DNA from: an uncultured Alphaproteobacteria bacterium
GTDB taxonomy: Bacteria > Pseudomonadota > Alphaproteobacteria > HIMB59
Direction of reading: 5' to 3'
Assembly (NCBI GenBank): GCA_902584795.1
Contig: CACIBB010000005.1
Coordinates: 19,959 to 83,958, forward strand
Length of the DNA: 64,000 bases
Below the pieces are notes generated by a model, which made no database searches, had not been told where the DNA came from, and saw only the letters and a list, made by a program, of their open reading frames with translations. The translations under genes were made by a program, and so were the position numbers. This document shows, one piece after another, positions 23,064 through 33,132 of this stretch (its first letter is position 1; each line of letters begins with the position of its first letter).

Positions 23064-25802
23064 TTACGCACTACATGTTACACAATCTTCGGGTTCATTA
23101 GATTGCGCCTCTTTGACATAAGACTCTTTTGCTTTTTTTTCAGAAGACACTGTTACTTTAACTGCGTCTACGGCTGATCGGCTTCGCAGGTAATACATGC
23201 CTGTTTTTAAGCCTTTTTTCCATGCATACATGTGCATGGAGTTTACTTTTCCAAAAGTAGGTGTTGCCAACCATAAGTTCATGGATTGGGTTTGGTCAAT
23301 AAATGGCGCTCTATCAGCTGCCATATCTATAACTGTTTTTTGAGATGTTTCCCAAACAGTTTTATAAACATCTTTTAAGTCTTCAGGGAATCCTTCAATA
23401 TTTTGTACAGAACCATTTTCCAAAATAATTTGATCACGTAATTCTTTGCTCCATAAGTTTCTCTTCATAAGTTCTTTAACAAGGTGACGATTTACTAATA
23501 AAAATTCACCTGAGAGAGTTTGTCTTTTATAAATGTTTGATGTTTGTACTTGGAACGTTTCAGTATTTCCTAGGATAATACCAGTGGAGGCTGTTGGCAT
23601 ACATGCAGTGGTCAGAGAGTTTCGAACACCATGCTTTTGGATTTTCTCCATTAATCCCTTCCAATCCCACATACTAGACGGTTTCACATCCCAAAGGTCA
23701 AATTGGAATTTCCCTTCAGATAGAGGGGAACCTTTAAAAGTAGAGTAAGGCCCCTTATCGGTAGCAAGTTCCATTGATGCTTCTAAAGCTCCAAAATAAA
23801 TTGTCTCAAAAATTTGTTTATTTATTATTTGCGCTTGAACAGAGTCATAAGGAATATTCATTTTAAAATAAACATCTGCTAAACCCTGTATACCGAGACC
23901 GATAGGACGGTGACGACTATTTGAGTTTTCAGTTTTATTAGTAGGATAGAAATTTATATCAATAACTTGATCTAAGTTCTTAGTCGCCAGTTTTGCAACT
24001 TGATATAAGTTTTGATAATCAAATTTACTTTCGTCAGTTACAAATTTTGGTAATGCAATTGACGCAAGGTTACAAACAGCAGTTTCATCTTTTTCAGAAT
24101 ACTCCACTATCTCCGCACAGAGATTAGAAGATTTAATGACACCAATATTTTTTTGGTTAGACTTATTATTGACAGCATCTTTGTAAAGCATGTATGGCTG
24201 ACCAGTTTCAATTTGGGCTTCGATGATTTTAGACATTAAAGCTCTTGCCTTTATTCTTTTTAAGTCAGGCATTTCATTTTCATATTTTGTATAAAGATCA
24301 ACAAACTCCTTGCCATATGTATCCGATAAACCAGGACATTCGTGTTCACTCATTAGAGTCCAATCGGCATCTTCTTCGACTCTTTCCATAAATAAATCAG
24401 GGATCCATAAGGCATAGAATAAGTCTCTGGCTCTAAATTCTTCAGCTCCAGTATTTTTTCTAAGCTCTAAAAAAGCTTCAATATCTGCATGCCATGGCTC
24501 CAAATAGACAGCAAAAGAACCCTTTCTTTTACCTCCACCCTGATCAACAGACCTTGCTGTTTCATTAAAAATTTTAAGGAAAGGTATCAATCCATTAGAC
24601 TTGCCATTGGTTGACTTAATACGGCTACCGCCACCTCTAATGTTATGAGCATGAAGACCAATGCCACCAGCGGTTTTTGAAATTAAAGCGCAGTCTTTTA
24701 CAGTATTAAAAATTCCTTCGATAGAGTCATCTTCCATTCCAATTAGAAAACAAGACGACAATTGTTGCATCTTCAAACCACTATTAAATAGAGTGGGGGT
24801 TGCGTGTGTGTAGAAACCCTGAGATAGGCTGTCATAAGTTTTCTTAACCTGATAAAAATCAAACTTATCTCCGGATACACATAAAGCGACTCTCATCCAT
24901 AAATCCTGAGGTCTTTCTGCTGTTTTATTGTTTGATTGTAAAAGATAAGCTCTGAACAAAGTGGTTAATGCAAAATAATCAAAGTAATAATCACGATCGT
25001 AGTCAATAATTTTTTCAATCTCTTCAGCGTTAGCTTTTACTTTTTCATAGTATTCATCGCGCAATAAACCATCCTCATAAAGATTTTTTGTTGCAATTAT
25101 AAAACCTGGTGTTTCTTTATGAAGAGCATTAGCTTTAATTCTCCCAGCTAGATATGAGTAATCAGGATGTTCTACTGTCAGAGCAGCAGCTGTTTCTGCT
25201 AGGTAAGTATCAATTTCATTTGTTGTGATACCATCGTAAAGACCTTGAATTGCCTTTTGAGCAATTGTAATAGGATCTATCTCTAAACCGTTTGACAAAA
25301 TAGAAATACGATTTGTAATTTTTTCTAAAGAGATATCCTCTTTGTTACCATCTCTTTTGGTAACAGCCATTGTGGATACTTTGGCACCAATTTGTTCATT
25401 TAGTTGAGCAGTCTTATAACGTTGGTTAGCTCTTTGTTCTCTGTAGAGTACATAGGCGCGAGCTACTTTATGATGTTCACCCCTCATGAGGGCTAATTCC
25501 ACTTGGTCTTGGATATCCTCGATATGAATCATATCACCGTTTGCAATACGTCTAGTTAGAGCCGCAGTGACTGTTTCAGTTAACAATGAAACATTTTTGT
25601 CAATTTGTTTGCTATCACGAAGATCAGTTTGTGCCAAAAATGCTTTTCTTATAGCATTTGCGATTTTGTCAGATTTAAAAGGTGTTATCGATCCATCACG
25701 CCTTACAACACTAAGACTTAGCAGGTTTATTTCTTCGTTTTGCTTATTTATAACTGTGTTTTTTGTTGAATTTTCAAGTGATTCTGCGTTATTTGTTTCC
25801 AT
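23064..25802 (-). CDS. nrdA: ribonucleotide reductase class I alpha subunit with two N-terminal ATP cones
   Basis: 'ATPTLFN', 'LSSCF', 'SSNLCAEI', 'VCNLAS', 'GLKTGMYYLR', C-terminal CxxC; probable ATG at 25802. Confidence 0.97.
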   Translation of the reverse strand: METNNAESLENSTKNTVINKQNEEINLLSLSVVRRDGSITPFKSDKIANAIRKAFLAQTDLRDSKQIDKNVSLLTETVTAALTRRIANGDMIHIEDIQDQVELALMRGEHHKVARAYVLYREQRANQRYKTAQLNEQIGAKVSTMAVTKRDGNKEDISLEKITNRISILSNGLEIDPITIAQKAIQGLYDGITTNEIDTYLAETAAALTVEHPDYSYLAGRIKANALHKETPGFIIATKNLYEDGLLRDEYYEKVKANAEEIEKIIDYDRDYYFDYFALTTLFRAYLLQSNNKTAERPQDLWMRVALCVSGDKFDFYQVKKTYDSLSQGFYTHATPTLFNSGLKMQQLSSCFLIGMEDDSIEGIFNTVKDCALISKTAGGIGLHAHNIRGGGSRIKSTNGKSNGLIPFLKIFNETARSVDQGGGKRKGSFAVYLEPWHADIEAFLELRKNTGAEEFRARDLFYALWIPDLFMERVEEDADWTLMSEHECPGLSDTYGKEFVDLYTKYENEMPDLKRIKARALMSKIIEAQIETGQPYMLYKDAVNNKSNQKNIGVIKSSNLCAEIVEYSEKDETAVCNLASIALPKFVTDESKFDYQNLYQVAKLATKNLDQVIDINFYPTNKTENSNSRHRPIGLGIQGLADVYFKMNIPYDSVQAQIINKQIFETIYFGALEASMELATDKGPYSTFKGSPLSEGKFQFDLWDVKPSSMWDWKGLMEKIQKHGVRNSLTTACMPTASTGIILGNTETFQVQTSNIYKRQTLSGEFLLVNRHLVKELMKRNLWSKELRDQIILENGSVQNIEGFPEDLKDVYKTVWETSQKTVIDMAADRAPFIDQTQSMNLWLATPTFGKVNSMHMYAWKKGLKTGMYYLRSRSAVDAVKVTVSSEKKAKESYVKEAQSNEPEDCVTCSA

Positions 25803-25838
25803 TCTTCCTACCAAGTTTAAGTGTACTTTTTTGAATAA

Positions 25839-25854
25839 TCACTAGATGTAGTGC
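25839..25854. promoter_or_regulatory. NrdR box 1
   Basis: TCACTAGATGTAGTGC fits the NrdR palindrome acaCwAtATaTwGtgt, just upstream of nrdA. Confidence 0.8.
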
Positions 25855-25870
25855 TTATTGCCTAGTGACT

Positions 25871-25886
25871 ATACAATCTATAGACG
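25871..25886. promoter_or_regulatory. NrdR box 2
   Basis: ATACAATCTATAGACG; starts 32 bp from box 1, the usual tandem NrdR-box spacing. Confidence 0.65.
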
Positions 25887-26172
25887 ATCTTAGTCAATTT
25901 ATTTTGTATTAAATTCTGAAAAGCCAATAAATTCAATTGGAAATTAAAGATTCAATTAACAAGTAATTTGAAAATATTCACAGGTTTTTATCAAATTTTC
26001 TAAAACTACGAATATCTCTTAAAAAATATTATTTAGGTCCATTTTTAATAGCCTTGATTCTGACCTGATTCGCATTTTGCACATCAAAAACAATTCACAT
26101 TTATATTTAACTTTCATAATAAATTTAGGATTTTTTAATAGATCTCTGATTAAAATCCCTTACTTTCATGTG

Positions 26173-27123
26173 GTGAAAAAAATTCTAGGGGTAGGAACTG
26201 CTTTGGTTGATGTCATATGCCAGGTAGAGGACATTGTCATCAATAATTTGAAATTAACTAAAGGCTCTATGACATTGATTGAGGAGTCTCAAATTAAGGA
26301 AATTAGGTCAAATTTCGATAATCCATTAATTACCTCGGGTGGGTCAGTATGTAATACTATCCATGAATTAAACTTTGGCTCTCATGAGGCAAGTTTTTAC
26401 GGCAAGGTCAATGATGATGAGTATGGAAATGCTTTTGTTCAAGATTTACAAAAAGAAAATATCTCGTTTAAAGGTGTCTCCAATAAAACAGATCTTCCAA
26501 CTGGATGCTGTAATATTTTAGTTTCACCCGATGGTGAAAGAACAATGGCTACACACATAGGAATAGGTTCACAATTAAATCCAGACGAAGTTAATGAGGA
26601 TATACTCAATTCAATTGATCATGTGTACATGGAGTCATATCTTTGGGATCATGAACTAACAAAAAAAACACTCAAAAAATTTTCAGATATTGCAAAATCA
26701 AAAAACATAGAAATATCTCTTTCATTGTCAGACCCTTTTTGTGTTGATCGACACAGAGATGAATTAAAAAATTTTATAACTGATAATGTAGATTTAGTTT
26801 TTTGTAATTTTGATGAAGCAAAGATGTTTACACAATCTGATTCAATGGCAGATGTGAGTTCTTTTTTTAAAAATTTTGGAAAAAAAATTGTTATGACCTC
26901 TGGTGCTGAGGGTGCATATTATTTTTTTGAAGACGATGTAAAACATCAATCTGCTCGAAAAATAGAAAATGTTCTGGATACAACAGGTGCAGGAGATAAT
27001 TTTGCTGCAGGATTTTTAGATTTTTACTTATCTGGAAAACCTGTCGATGAAGCTCTTAAAAATGGTAATAGAAAGGCTGAAGAAGTTATTCAGCAGTTGG
27101 GACCAAGGATAAAAAGAGCTTGA
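26173..27123 (+). CDS. PfkB family kinase, adenosine kinase-like
   Basis: 'GGSVCNT', 'DGERTM', 'DTTGAGDNFAAGFL'; upstream of ahcY; likely GTG start 26170 or 26173 rather than 26077. Confidence 0.85.
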   Translation: MKKILGVGTALVDVICQVEDIVINNLKLTKGSMTLIEESQIKEIRSNFDNPLITSGGSVCNTIHELNFGSHEASFYGKVNDDEYGNAFVQDLQKENISFKGVSNKTDLPTGCCNILVSPDGERTMATHIGIGSQLNPDEVNEDILNSIDHVYMESYLWDHELTKKTLKKFSDIAKSKNIEISLSLSDPFCVDRHRDELKNFITDNVDLVFCNFDEAKMFTQSDSMADVSSFFKNFGKKIVMTSGAEGAYYFFEDDVKHQSARKIENVLDTTGAGDNFAAGFLDFYLSGKPVDEALKNGNRKAEEVIQQLGPRIKRA

Positions 27124-27178
27124 TAATGAAGAATAAATCATATTTTATTTTAAATAGTCTATCTAAAAGGAGGGTTAA

Positions 27179-28459
27179 GTGGATTACAAAGTAAAAGATA
27201 TTTCCCAACATGAATTCGGGAGACAAGAAATTGAAATAGCAGAAACTGAAATGCCAGGATTAATGGCTATTCGTGAACAATATGGAGATTCAAAACCGTT
27301 GGCTGGAGCCAATATTATGGGTTGCCTTCACATGACCATCCAAACTGCTGTTTTAATTGAAACACTTGTAGCACTTGGCGCCAAATGTCGATGGAGTTCT
27401 TGTAACATTTACTCTACTCAAGATCATGCAGCTGCTGCGATTGCCCAAAGCGGTACACCTGTTTTTGCCTGGAAGGGTATGAATGAAGAGGAATTTTGGT
27501 GGTGTATTGATCAAACAATTGAGGCAGATGGGTGGGAGCCTAATATGATACTAGACGATGGCGGAGACTTAACACTTCGAATGCACGAGAAGTACCCTGA
27601 GCTATTAAAAAATGTTAGAGGACTATCTGAAGAAACTACCACAGGCGTTCTTCGTTTAGAGCAAATGGCATCTAAAGGAACTCTTCAAGTTCCTGCTATA
27701 AATGTGAATGACTCGGTAACAAAAAGTAAATTTGATAATTTATACGGTTGTAAGGAGAGTTTAGTAGACGGTATTCGAAGAGGAACTGACGTAATGATGG
27801 CTGGTAAAGTTGCAGTTGTTGCTGGGTTTGGAGATGTTGGAAAAGGTAGCGCAGCTTCATTAAGAGGGGCCGGGGCTAGAGTTCAAGTAACAGAAGTTGA
27901 TCCTATTTGTGCACTTCAAGCAGCAATGGAAGGCTATGAGGTTGTCACTATGGATGATGCATGTAAGTATGCTGATATATTTGTAACTGCAACAGGCAAC
28001 AAAGATATCATTACCCAAGACCATATGAGAGAAATGAAAGACCGAGCAATTGTCTGTAATATCGGACACTTTGATAATGAAATTCAAATAGATGATTTGC
28101 AAAACTATAAATGGGAAGAGATAAAACCTCAAGTTGACCAAGTAACATTTCCGGATGGTAAGAAGCTAATAATTCTTTCAAAGGGAAGGTTAGTGAACCT
28201 AGGTAATGCCACTGGCCATCCTAGTTTTGTGATGAGTGCATCATTCTCAAATCAGGTTTTAGCTCAAATCGAAATTTGGGAGAATTACAAAAACTATGAA
28301 AATAAAGTCTATGTCCTTCCTAAAAAACTAGATGAAATGGTTGCAATGTTTCATTTACAAAAAGTTGGTGCTAAACTGACTGAAATGTCCAAGGATCAAA
28401 GCGATTATTTAGGAGTTGAGCAACAAGGTCCATTTAAGAAAGATACATATAGGTACTAA
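27179..28459 (+). CDS. ahcY: adenosylhomocysteinase
   Basis: 'AETEMPGLM', '[10 protein letters not shown]', 'EETTTG', '[10 protein letters not shown]', 'GHPSFVMS'. Confidence 0.98.
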   Translation: MDYKVKDISQHEFGRQEIEIAETEMPGLMAIREQYGDSKPLAGANIMGCLHMTIQTAVLIETLVALGAKCRWSSCNIYSTQDHAAAAIAQSGTPVFAWKGMNEEEFWWCIDQTIEADGWEPNMILDDGGDLTLRMHEKYPELLKNVRGLSEETTTGVLRLEQMASKGTLQVPAINVNDSVTKSKFDNLYGCKESLVDGIRRGTDVMMAGKVAVVAGFGDVGKGSAASLRGAGARVQVTEVDPICALQAAMEGYEVVTMDDACKYADIFVTATGNKDIITQDHMREMKDRAIVCNIGHFDNEIQIDDLQNYKWEEIKPQVDQVTFPDGKKLIILSKGRLVNLGNATGHPSFVMSASFSNQVLAQIEIWENYKNYENKVYVLPKKLDEMVAMFHLQKVGAKLTEMSKDQSDYLGVEQQGPFKKDTYRY

Positions 28460-28460
28460 A

Positions 28461-29633
28461 ATGAGAAAAAATTATATTTTTACATCTGAGTCAGTGTCTG
28501 AGGGACACCCAGATAAAGTTTCTGATAGAATTTCTGATGCAGTTGTCGATCATTTTATCTCCAAAGACCCATTTGCTAGAGTCGCTTGTGAAACATTAAC
28601 AACAACCAACAAAGTTGTTTTATCTGGTGAAGTAAGAGGACCAGTCCAAGAAGACAAAGATGAAATTATTTCAAAAGTAAGGGACTGCATAAAGGACATC
28701 GGCTATGAGCAAGATGGTTTTCATTGGCAATCCGCAGATATCCAATATTTACTTCACGGACAATCTGCAGATATTGCAATGGGCGTAGACTCATCATCTG
28801 ACAAAGACGAGGGGGCAGGTGACCAAGGAATTATGTTTGGATACGCTTGTACTGAAACACCTGAACTGATGCCGGCACCAATTTTTTATTCTCATAAAAT
28901 TTTAGAGATAATGGCTAAGGGAAGAAAAGACGGCAGCTTAAAAGGATTAGAGCCTGACTCAAAAAGCCAAGTAACTCTTAAATATGTTGATGGTAAACCA
29001 AGTGCAGTTACATCTGTTGTTATATCAACACAACATGCTGATGGATTGTCTCCTGCTGATGTTAAAGAAATAGTAAACCCTGCATTAAAAGAGTCTATCC
29101 CTGAAGAGTTATTAAAAAATTTAGATGATAAAGAATACTACGTTAATCCAACAGGTAATTTTGTGATCGGAGGACCAGATGGTGATACGGGATTAACAGG
29201 AAGAAAAATTATTGTCGACACCTATGGTGGCGCAGCACCTCACGGTGGAGGGGCTTTCTCAGGAAAAGATCCTACAAAAGTCGATCGCTCTGCTGCTTAT
29301 GCTTCACGGTACTTAGCAAAAAATATTGTTGCTGCTGGTTTATGTGATCAATGTACTATCCAGTTGTCTTATGCAATTGGTGTAGCCAAACCATTGTCAA
29401 TTTATGTGAATACTCAAGGCACTAATAAAATAGATGAAGCAAAAATTGAGTCTGCGATACCTGACATCATGAATCTTTCTCCAAGAGGAATCAGAGAGAA
29501 ATTACAGTTAAATAAGCCAATTTACGAACAAACGGCAGCTTACGGTCATTTTGGTAGAACACATGACAGCTCTTCAGGAGCTTTTTCATGGGAAGCTCTA
29601 GATTTAGTGTCCGATTTCAAATCGCTAGCTTAA
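28461..29633 (+). CDS. metK: S-adenosylmethionine synthetase
   Basis: '[13 protein letters not shown]', 'GAGDQG', '[16 protein letters not shown]'; ATG at 28461. Confidence 0.98.
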   Translation: MRKNYIFTSESVSEGHPDKVSDRISDAVVDHFISKDPFARVACETLTTTNKVVLSGEVRGPVQEDKDEIISKVRDCIKDIGYEQDGFHWQSADIQYLLHGQSADIAMGVDSSSDKDEGAGDQGIMFGYACTETPELMPAPIFYSHKILEIMAKGRKDGSLKGLEPDSKSQVTLKYVDGKPSAVTSVVISTQHADGLSPADVKEIVNPALKESIPEELLKNLDDKEYYVNPTGNFVIGGPDGDTGLTGRKIIVDTYGGAAPHGGGAFSGKDPTKVDRSAAYASRYLAKNIVAAGLCDQCTIQLSYAIGVAKPLSIYVNTQGTNKIDEAKIESAIPDIMNLSPRGIREKLQLNKPIYEQTAAYGHFGRTHDSSSGAFSWEALDLVSDFKSLA

Positions 29634-30083
29634 TTGAGTTTGAGATTTGTTGTCTCAAATGAAATTGAGTTAAAACCTTTAGCTAGAAATATATCTAGGT
29701 CTATTTCTAAAAACCAGATTATTTTTTTTGAAGGAGAGGCCGGTTCTGGTAAGACAACTTTAATTAGATATATCTTAAGTGAAATTAGCAAGTCAGAAAA
29801 AAAAACTTTTTCCTTCCAAGGGAGCCCCACGTATCAAAGAGAACATATTTACAATTTTAATAAGTTTAATATTATTCACTTTGATTTTTATCAGGTTCAA
29901 AATAACAAACTAGATTTGGATGAGTATTTTAATGATAATTGTGTTCTTATTGAGTGGCCATTAGAAAATCTTATTAAAAGATATAATCATATGGCTTTAT
30001 CTATTAATATTTCGGTTACTGGTGAGAAAAGAAATATAGAGATAAAATCAAGTAATAAAAAATGGCTTCACAAAATAAAATAA
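29634..30083 (+). CDS. tsaE: t6A biosynthesis ATPase
   Basis: 'GEAGSGKTT', 'SPTY', 'HFDFY', 'LIEWP'. Confidence 0.85.
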   Translation: MSLRFVVSNEIELKPLARNISRSISKNQIIFFEGEAGSGKTTLIRYILSEISKSEKKTFSFQGSPTYQREHIYNFNKFNIIHFDFYQVQNNKLDLDEYFNDNCVLIEWPLENLIKRYNHMALSINISVTGEKRNIEIKSSNKKWLHKIK

Positions 30084-31030
30084 ATCTAATCAAAATAAAA
30101 AACCACCTTCAAAATAAAAATTTTAAAATAGGGGGCTTTTTAAATTTCAAATCTGATGCATCTGAAAAAATTTTCAAATTATGTAAAACAGCAAATCAAT
30201 CATTACTTGTCCTCTCTTTTTTGAATAAACCTAGCGATTATCAAAAATATATTAAAGCAACTGATATTTTAATTTCTCAAAATGTTAATACACCAAAAAT
30301 AATCGACCAAAGTAATTTATATAAGTTTGTAATCATGGATTATTTCCCTATTGCAAATGCATCAAAATATTTCCAAAAACCACAAATTAAAAAAATACTT
30401 CCATTGGCTGTGAGAGCTCTTACAAATCTTCAAAAACCCAAGAAAAAGTTTTCAGGCGTTCAAGTAAAATCACAAAATAATTTACTAAAGGATGCATTGA
30501 ACGGTATTGAGACTTTTATTGACCACTATGATCACAAGATCCAAATTGGTTTTTATCTCAATAAACTTGTGAAAGTATCTCTGAAAAAAAGTACTGAAAA
30601 ATATAGAAAATTTAAACCAACTTTAACTCACGGTGATTTTTTTTTAGATAATTTAATTTATTACAATCAAAAAGTTTATGTTATTGATCATCAAGATACT
30701 CACTACAACCATCCATTATTAGATATTTCTTCATTGATTTTTGATGCTAGGAGATCTTATTCTACCAAAGTCGAAGATAAATTATTGAAGCTTTATGCAA
30801 GAAGAATGAAACTTAATCTCAAGCAGCTTAGGTCAGACATTCATATGATTAGTCTTTTACGTAATCTGAGAATTCTTGGTAATTGGGTGCAATTATATAA
30901 TGCTGGAAAACCAAAATATCTTAAAGTCTTTAGAAAAAATACATGGGCTCAAATATTTAAACATGTCGAATATTTAAGACTTTGGGATTTAAGAGAAATA
31001 TTTATGGAGATATATAACAAAACAAGTTAA
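30062..31030 (+). CDS. aminoglycoside-phosphotransferase-like kinase (AmgK-like)
   Basis: 'SDAS', 'HGDFFLDNL', 'IDHQD', 'RNLRILG'; between tsaE and a nucleotidyltransferase. Confidence 0.75.
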   Translation: MASQNKINLIKIKNHLQNKNFKIGGFLNFKSDASEKIFKLCKTANQSLLVLSFLNKPSDYQKYIKATDILISQNVNTPKIIDQSNLYKFVIMDYFPIANASKYFQKPQIKKILPLAVRALTNLQKPKKKFSGVQVKSQNNLLKDALNGIETFIDHYDHKIQIGFYLNKLVKVSLKKSTEKYRKFKPTLTHGDFFLDNLIYYNQKVYVIDHQDTHYNHPLLDISSLIFDARRSYSTKVEDKLLKLYARRMKLNLKQLRSDIHMISLLRNLRILGNWVQLYNAGKPKYLKVFRKNTWAQIFKHVEYLRLWDLREIFMEIYNKTS

Positions 31031-31672
31031 ATGGACGCTCTAATATTAGCTGCAGGTTATGGAATGCGAATGGATAACTTAACCAAAGATATCCCTAAAC
31101 CCTTATTAAAAATAAAAAATAAAACACTTATTAGCTATGCAATCGATCTCATTAAAAACATGTCATTTGATAAAATTTATATCAATACCCACTATAAACA
31201 TAATATGTTAGAAAGATTTATCTCTGAAAATTACCCTAATATTACAATTTCTTATGAAGAAACTATCTTAGGAACAGGAGGTGGTATAAAAAACATACAA
31301 ACAAACGATACAGTAATTCTAAATACAGATAATTTATGGGACCAGTCCTTTGAAAATGAATTAGAAAAATCAATTAAATTTTTTGATGAAAATAAAAGTT
31401 TTGATAGTGTCCTTCTTATAAATTCTAAAAATAATAATTTTGATCTTGAAGTAAATAATGAAGGGCTTATCAACTTTCCATCAAAAATATGCAATACTTC
31501 ATTTCAAGGTTGTCATATTATTAGAAAAAACTCTTTGCATCCTTACCCTGAAATTTTTAACATTCAAGACTTTTGGAAAGATTGTTCGTTAAATGAAAAA
31601 ATCTATGGATATGAGACTAATAAAATCAATGCTCATGTTGGGACTAAAGATGAGTATTTGAAATACAAATAA
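31031..31672 (+). CDS. nucleotidyltransferase (MurU-like)
   Basis: 'LAAGYGMRM', 'PKPLL', 'LGTGGGI'. Confidence 0.8.
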   Translation: MDALILAAGYGMRMDNLTKDIPKPLLKIKNKTLISYAIDLIKNMSFDKIYINTHYKHNMLERFISENYPNITISYEETILGTGGGIKNIQTNDTVILNTDNLWDQSFENELEKSIKFFDENKSFDSVLLINSKNNNFDLEVNNEGLINFPSKICNTSFQGCHIIRKNSLHPYPEIFNIQDFWKDCSLNEKIYGYETNKINAHVGTKDEYLKYK

Positions 31673-31691
31673 TAATAACCATATTAAATAT

Positions 31692-32018
31692 ATGACAGTT
31701 GAACAAATAAATGACGATGAATTTAATCAAAAAGTTCTTGAAGGATCAAAAGATAAGCCTGTTTTGGTAGATTTTTGGGCTGAGTGGTGTGGTCCATGTA
31801 AAGCTATTGCTCCTATTTTGGATAATTTAGCCTCTGAAATGGGCGATAAGATATCTATAAAAAAAATTAATATAGATGAAAATCCTCAAGCACCAGCAAA
31901 CTTTAGTATTAGGAGTATACCCACAATGATACTCTTTAAAGATGGATCAATGGCTGATGCAAAGATTGGCTTAGGCTCAGAAGCGGACTTAAGAAGTTGG
32001 ATTAACAGTAAACTTTAG
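31692..32018 (+). CDS. trxA: thioredoxin
   Basis: 'DFWAEWCGPCK', 'SIPT'. Confidence 0.97.
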   Translation: MTVEQINDDEFNQKVLEGSKDKPVLVDFWAEWCGPCKAIAPILDNLASEMGDKISIKKINIDENPQAPANFSIRSIPTMILFKDGSMADAKIGLGSEADLRSWINSKL

Positions 32019-33127
32019 AAGAAATTCATCTCAGAACACGCTTTATCAAATGAGATTTTATTTCCAATAAAATTTTTTCCCCTTTCACCTTGAAAAGCAT
32101 CCTCAACATATTTATCCCATTCAATTTTTGGTATTCCAATTTCATTTAAATTTAATGGTGCTTCAAGAATTCTCAATGTCTCAGATAGTCTTTTTGAGCT
32201 CTCAATGAGATCGACATTATAAATTTTTTCTAGGGATTTTTCTGTTTTTTCATCTTGGCCAATCAGACTCCTCATTATTGTTGGCAAAGTAAAAGAACAA
32301 GCTATTCCATGTGGAACATTAAAATTAATTGTTATCGGGTATGAAATATTATGTGCTATTGCAGTTTTAGTATTTGAAAAAGCTAGACCTGCATGAACAC
32401 AAGCTTTAGCCATTAAAGTTCTCAACTCTACGTTTTTTAAATCATTTACAAGTTTTGGAAGTGTATCGATCACGGTTTGAGCACCTGCAATTCCATGAAA
32501 TGTTGAAATCGGATTTGAGTTTACATTCCAAATGCTTTCTAAGGAGTGGGACAATGCATCAAGACCAGTAGAAATAGTCAGATTTTTTGGCTTGTTGATC
32601 ATTAACTTAGGATCAATAACTGATATTTCAGGATATAAAGATTTATCTGCTAATGAAAATTTACTTTTATATTCTTTATCCCAGACTGTAGCCCAACACG
32701 TAAGTTCACTAGATGTGCCCGAAGTAGTAGGTATAGCTATAATTTTTTTTGGATCTTGAACGTAAGCTGATTTTTTATTTCTTACAAAATCATTTAAATA
32801 TTTATTTTCACCTTTAAAAGCCGCAAGTAATTTGGCCGTATCCATGACAGAGCCGCCTCCAAGAGCAACAACTGTATCAATTTGACTTTCTATTTTTGAA
32901 AATTTTTCCCCTGCAGAAATTAAATCTTGATAATCTGGATTTGGTTGAACATCATCAAAGATTTCTAGAGGCTTATTTGATAAATTGTTAAAAAACTCTC
33001 TGTACGTATCAAAGTTATCATCAGGATGGGTAACAAGAATGTACTTTCGATTACTTATTATATGTTCAATTTCATTAAATTTTTCCGAACCAAAAATAAC
33101 ATTTACCGGATTATAATATTCCCACAT
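32015..33127 (-). CDS. iron-containing alcohol dehydrogenase, phosphonate-metabolism clade (phosphonoacetaldehyde reductase/2-HEP dehydrogenase-like)
   Basis: 'GGGSVMD', 'PTTSGTSSELTCWATVWD', metal ligands 'DALSH', 'TAIAH', 'PHG'; context with phnA/phnY. Confidence 0.85.
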   Translation of the reverse strand: MWEYYNPVNVIFGSEKFNEIEHIISNRKYILVTHPDDNFDTYREFFNNLSNKPLEIFDDVQPNPDYQDLISAGEKFSKIESQIDTVVALGGGSVMDTAKLLAAFKGENKYLNDFVRNKKSAYVQDPKKIIAIPTTSGTSSELTCWATVWDKEYKSKFSLADKSLYPEISVIDPKLMINKPKNLTISTGLDALSHSLESIWNVNSNPISTFHGIAGAQTVIDTLPKLVNDLKNVELRTLMAKACVHAGLAFSNTKTAIAHNISYPITINFNVPHGIACSFTLPTIMRSLIGQDEKTEKSLEKIYNVDLIESSKRLSETLRILEAPLNLNEIGIPKIEWDKYVEDAFQGERGKNFIGNKISFDKACSEMNFF

Positions 33128-33132
33128 AAGAT

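Noticed and set aside
25890-26170. Origin or ncRNA in the long nrdA/pfkB gap (TTTTGCACA at 26075, several GANTC sites)
   Set aside because: One relaxed DnaA-box match and short motifs are expected by chance in AT-rich DNA; no convincing structure.
27124-28460. SAM or SAH riboswitch before ahcY or metK
   Set aside because: The ahcY leader is short and unstructured, and metK starts 1 bp after ahcY.
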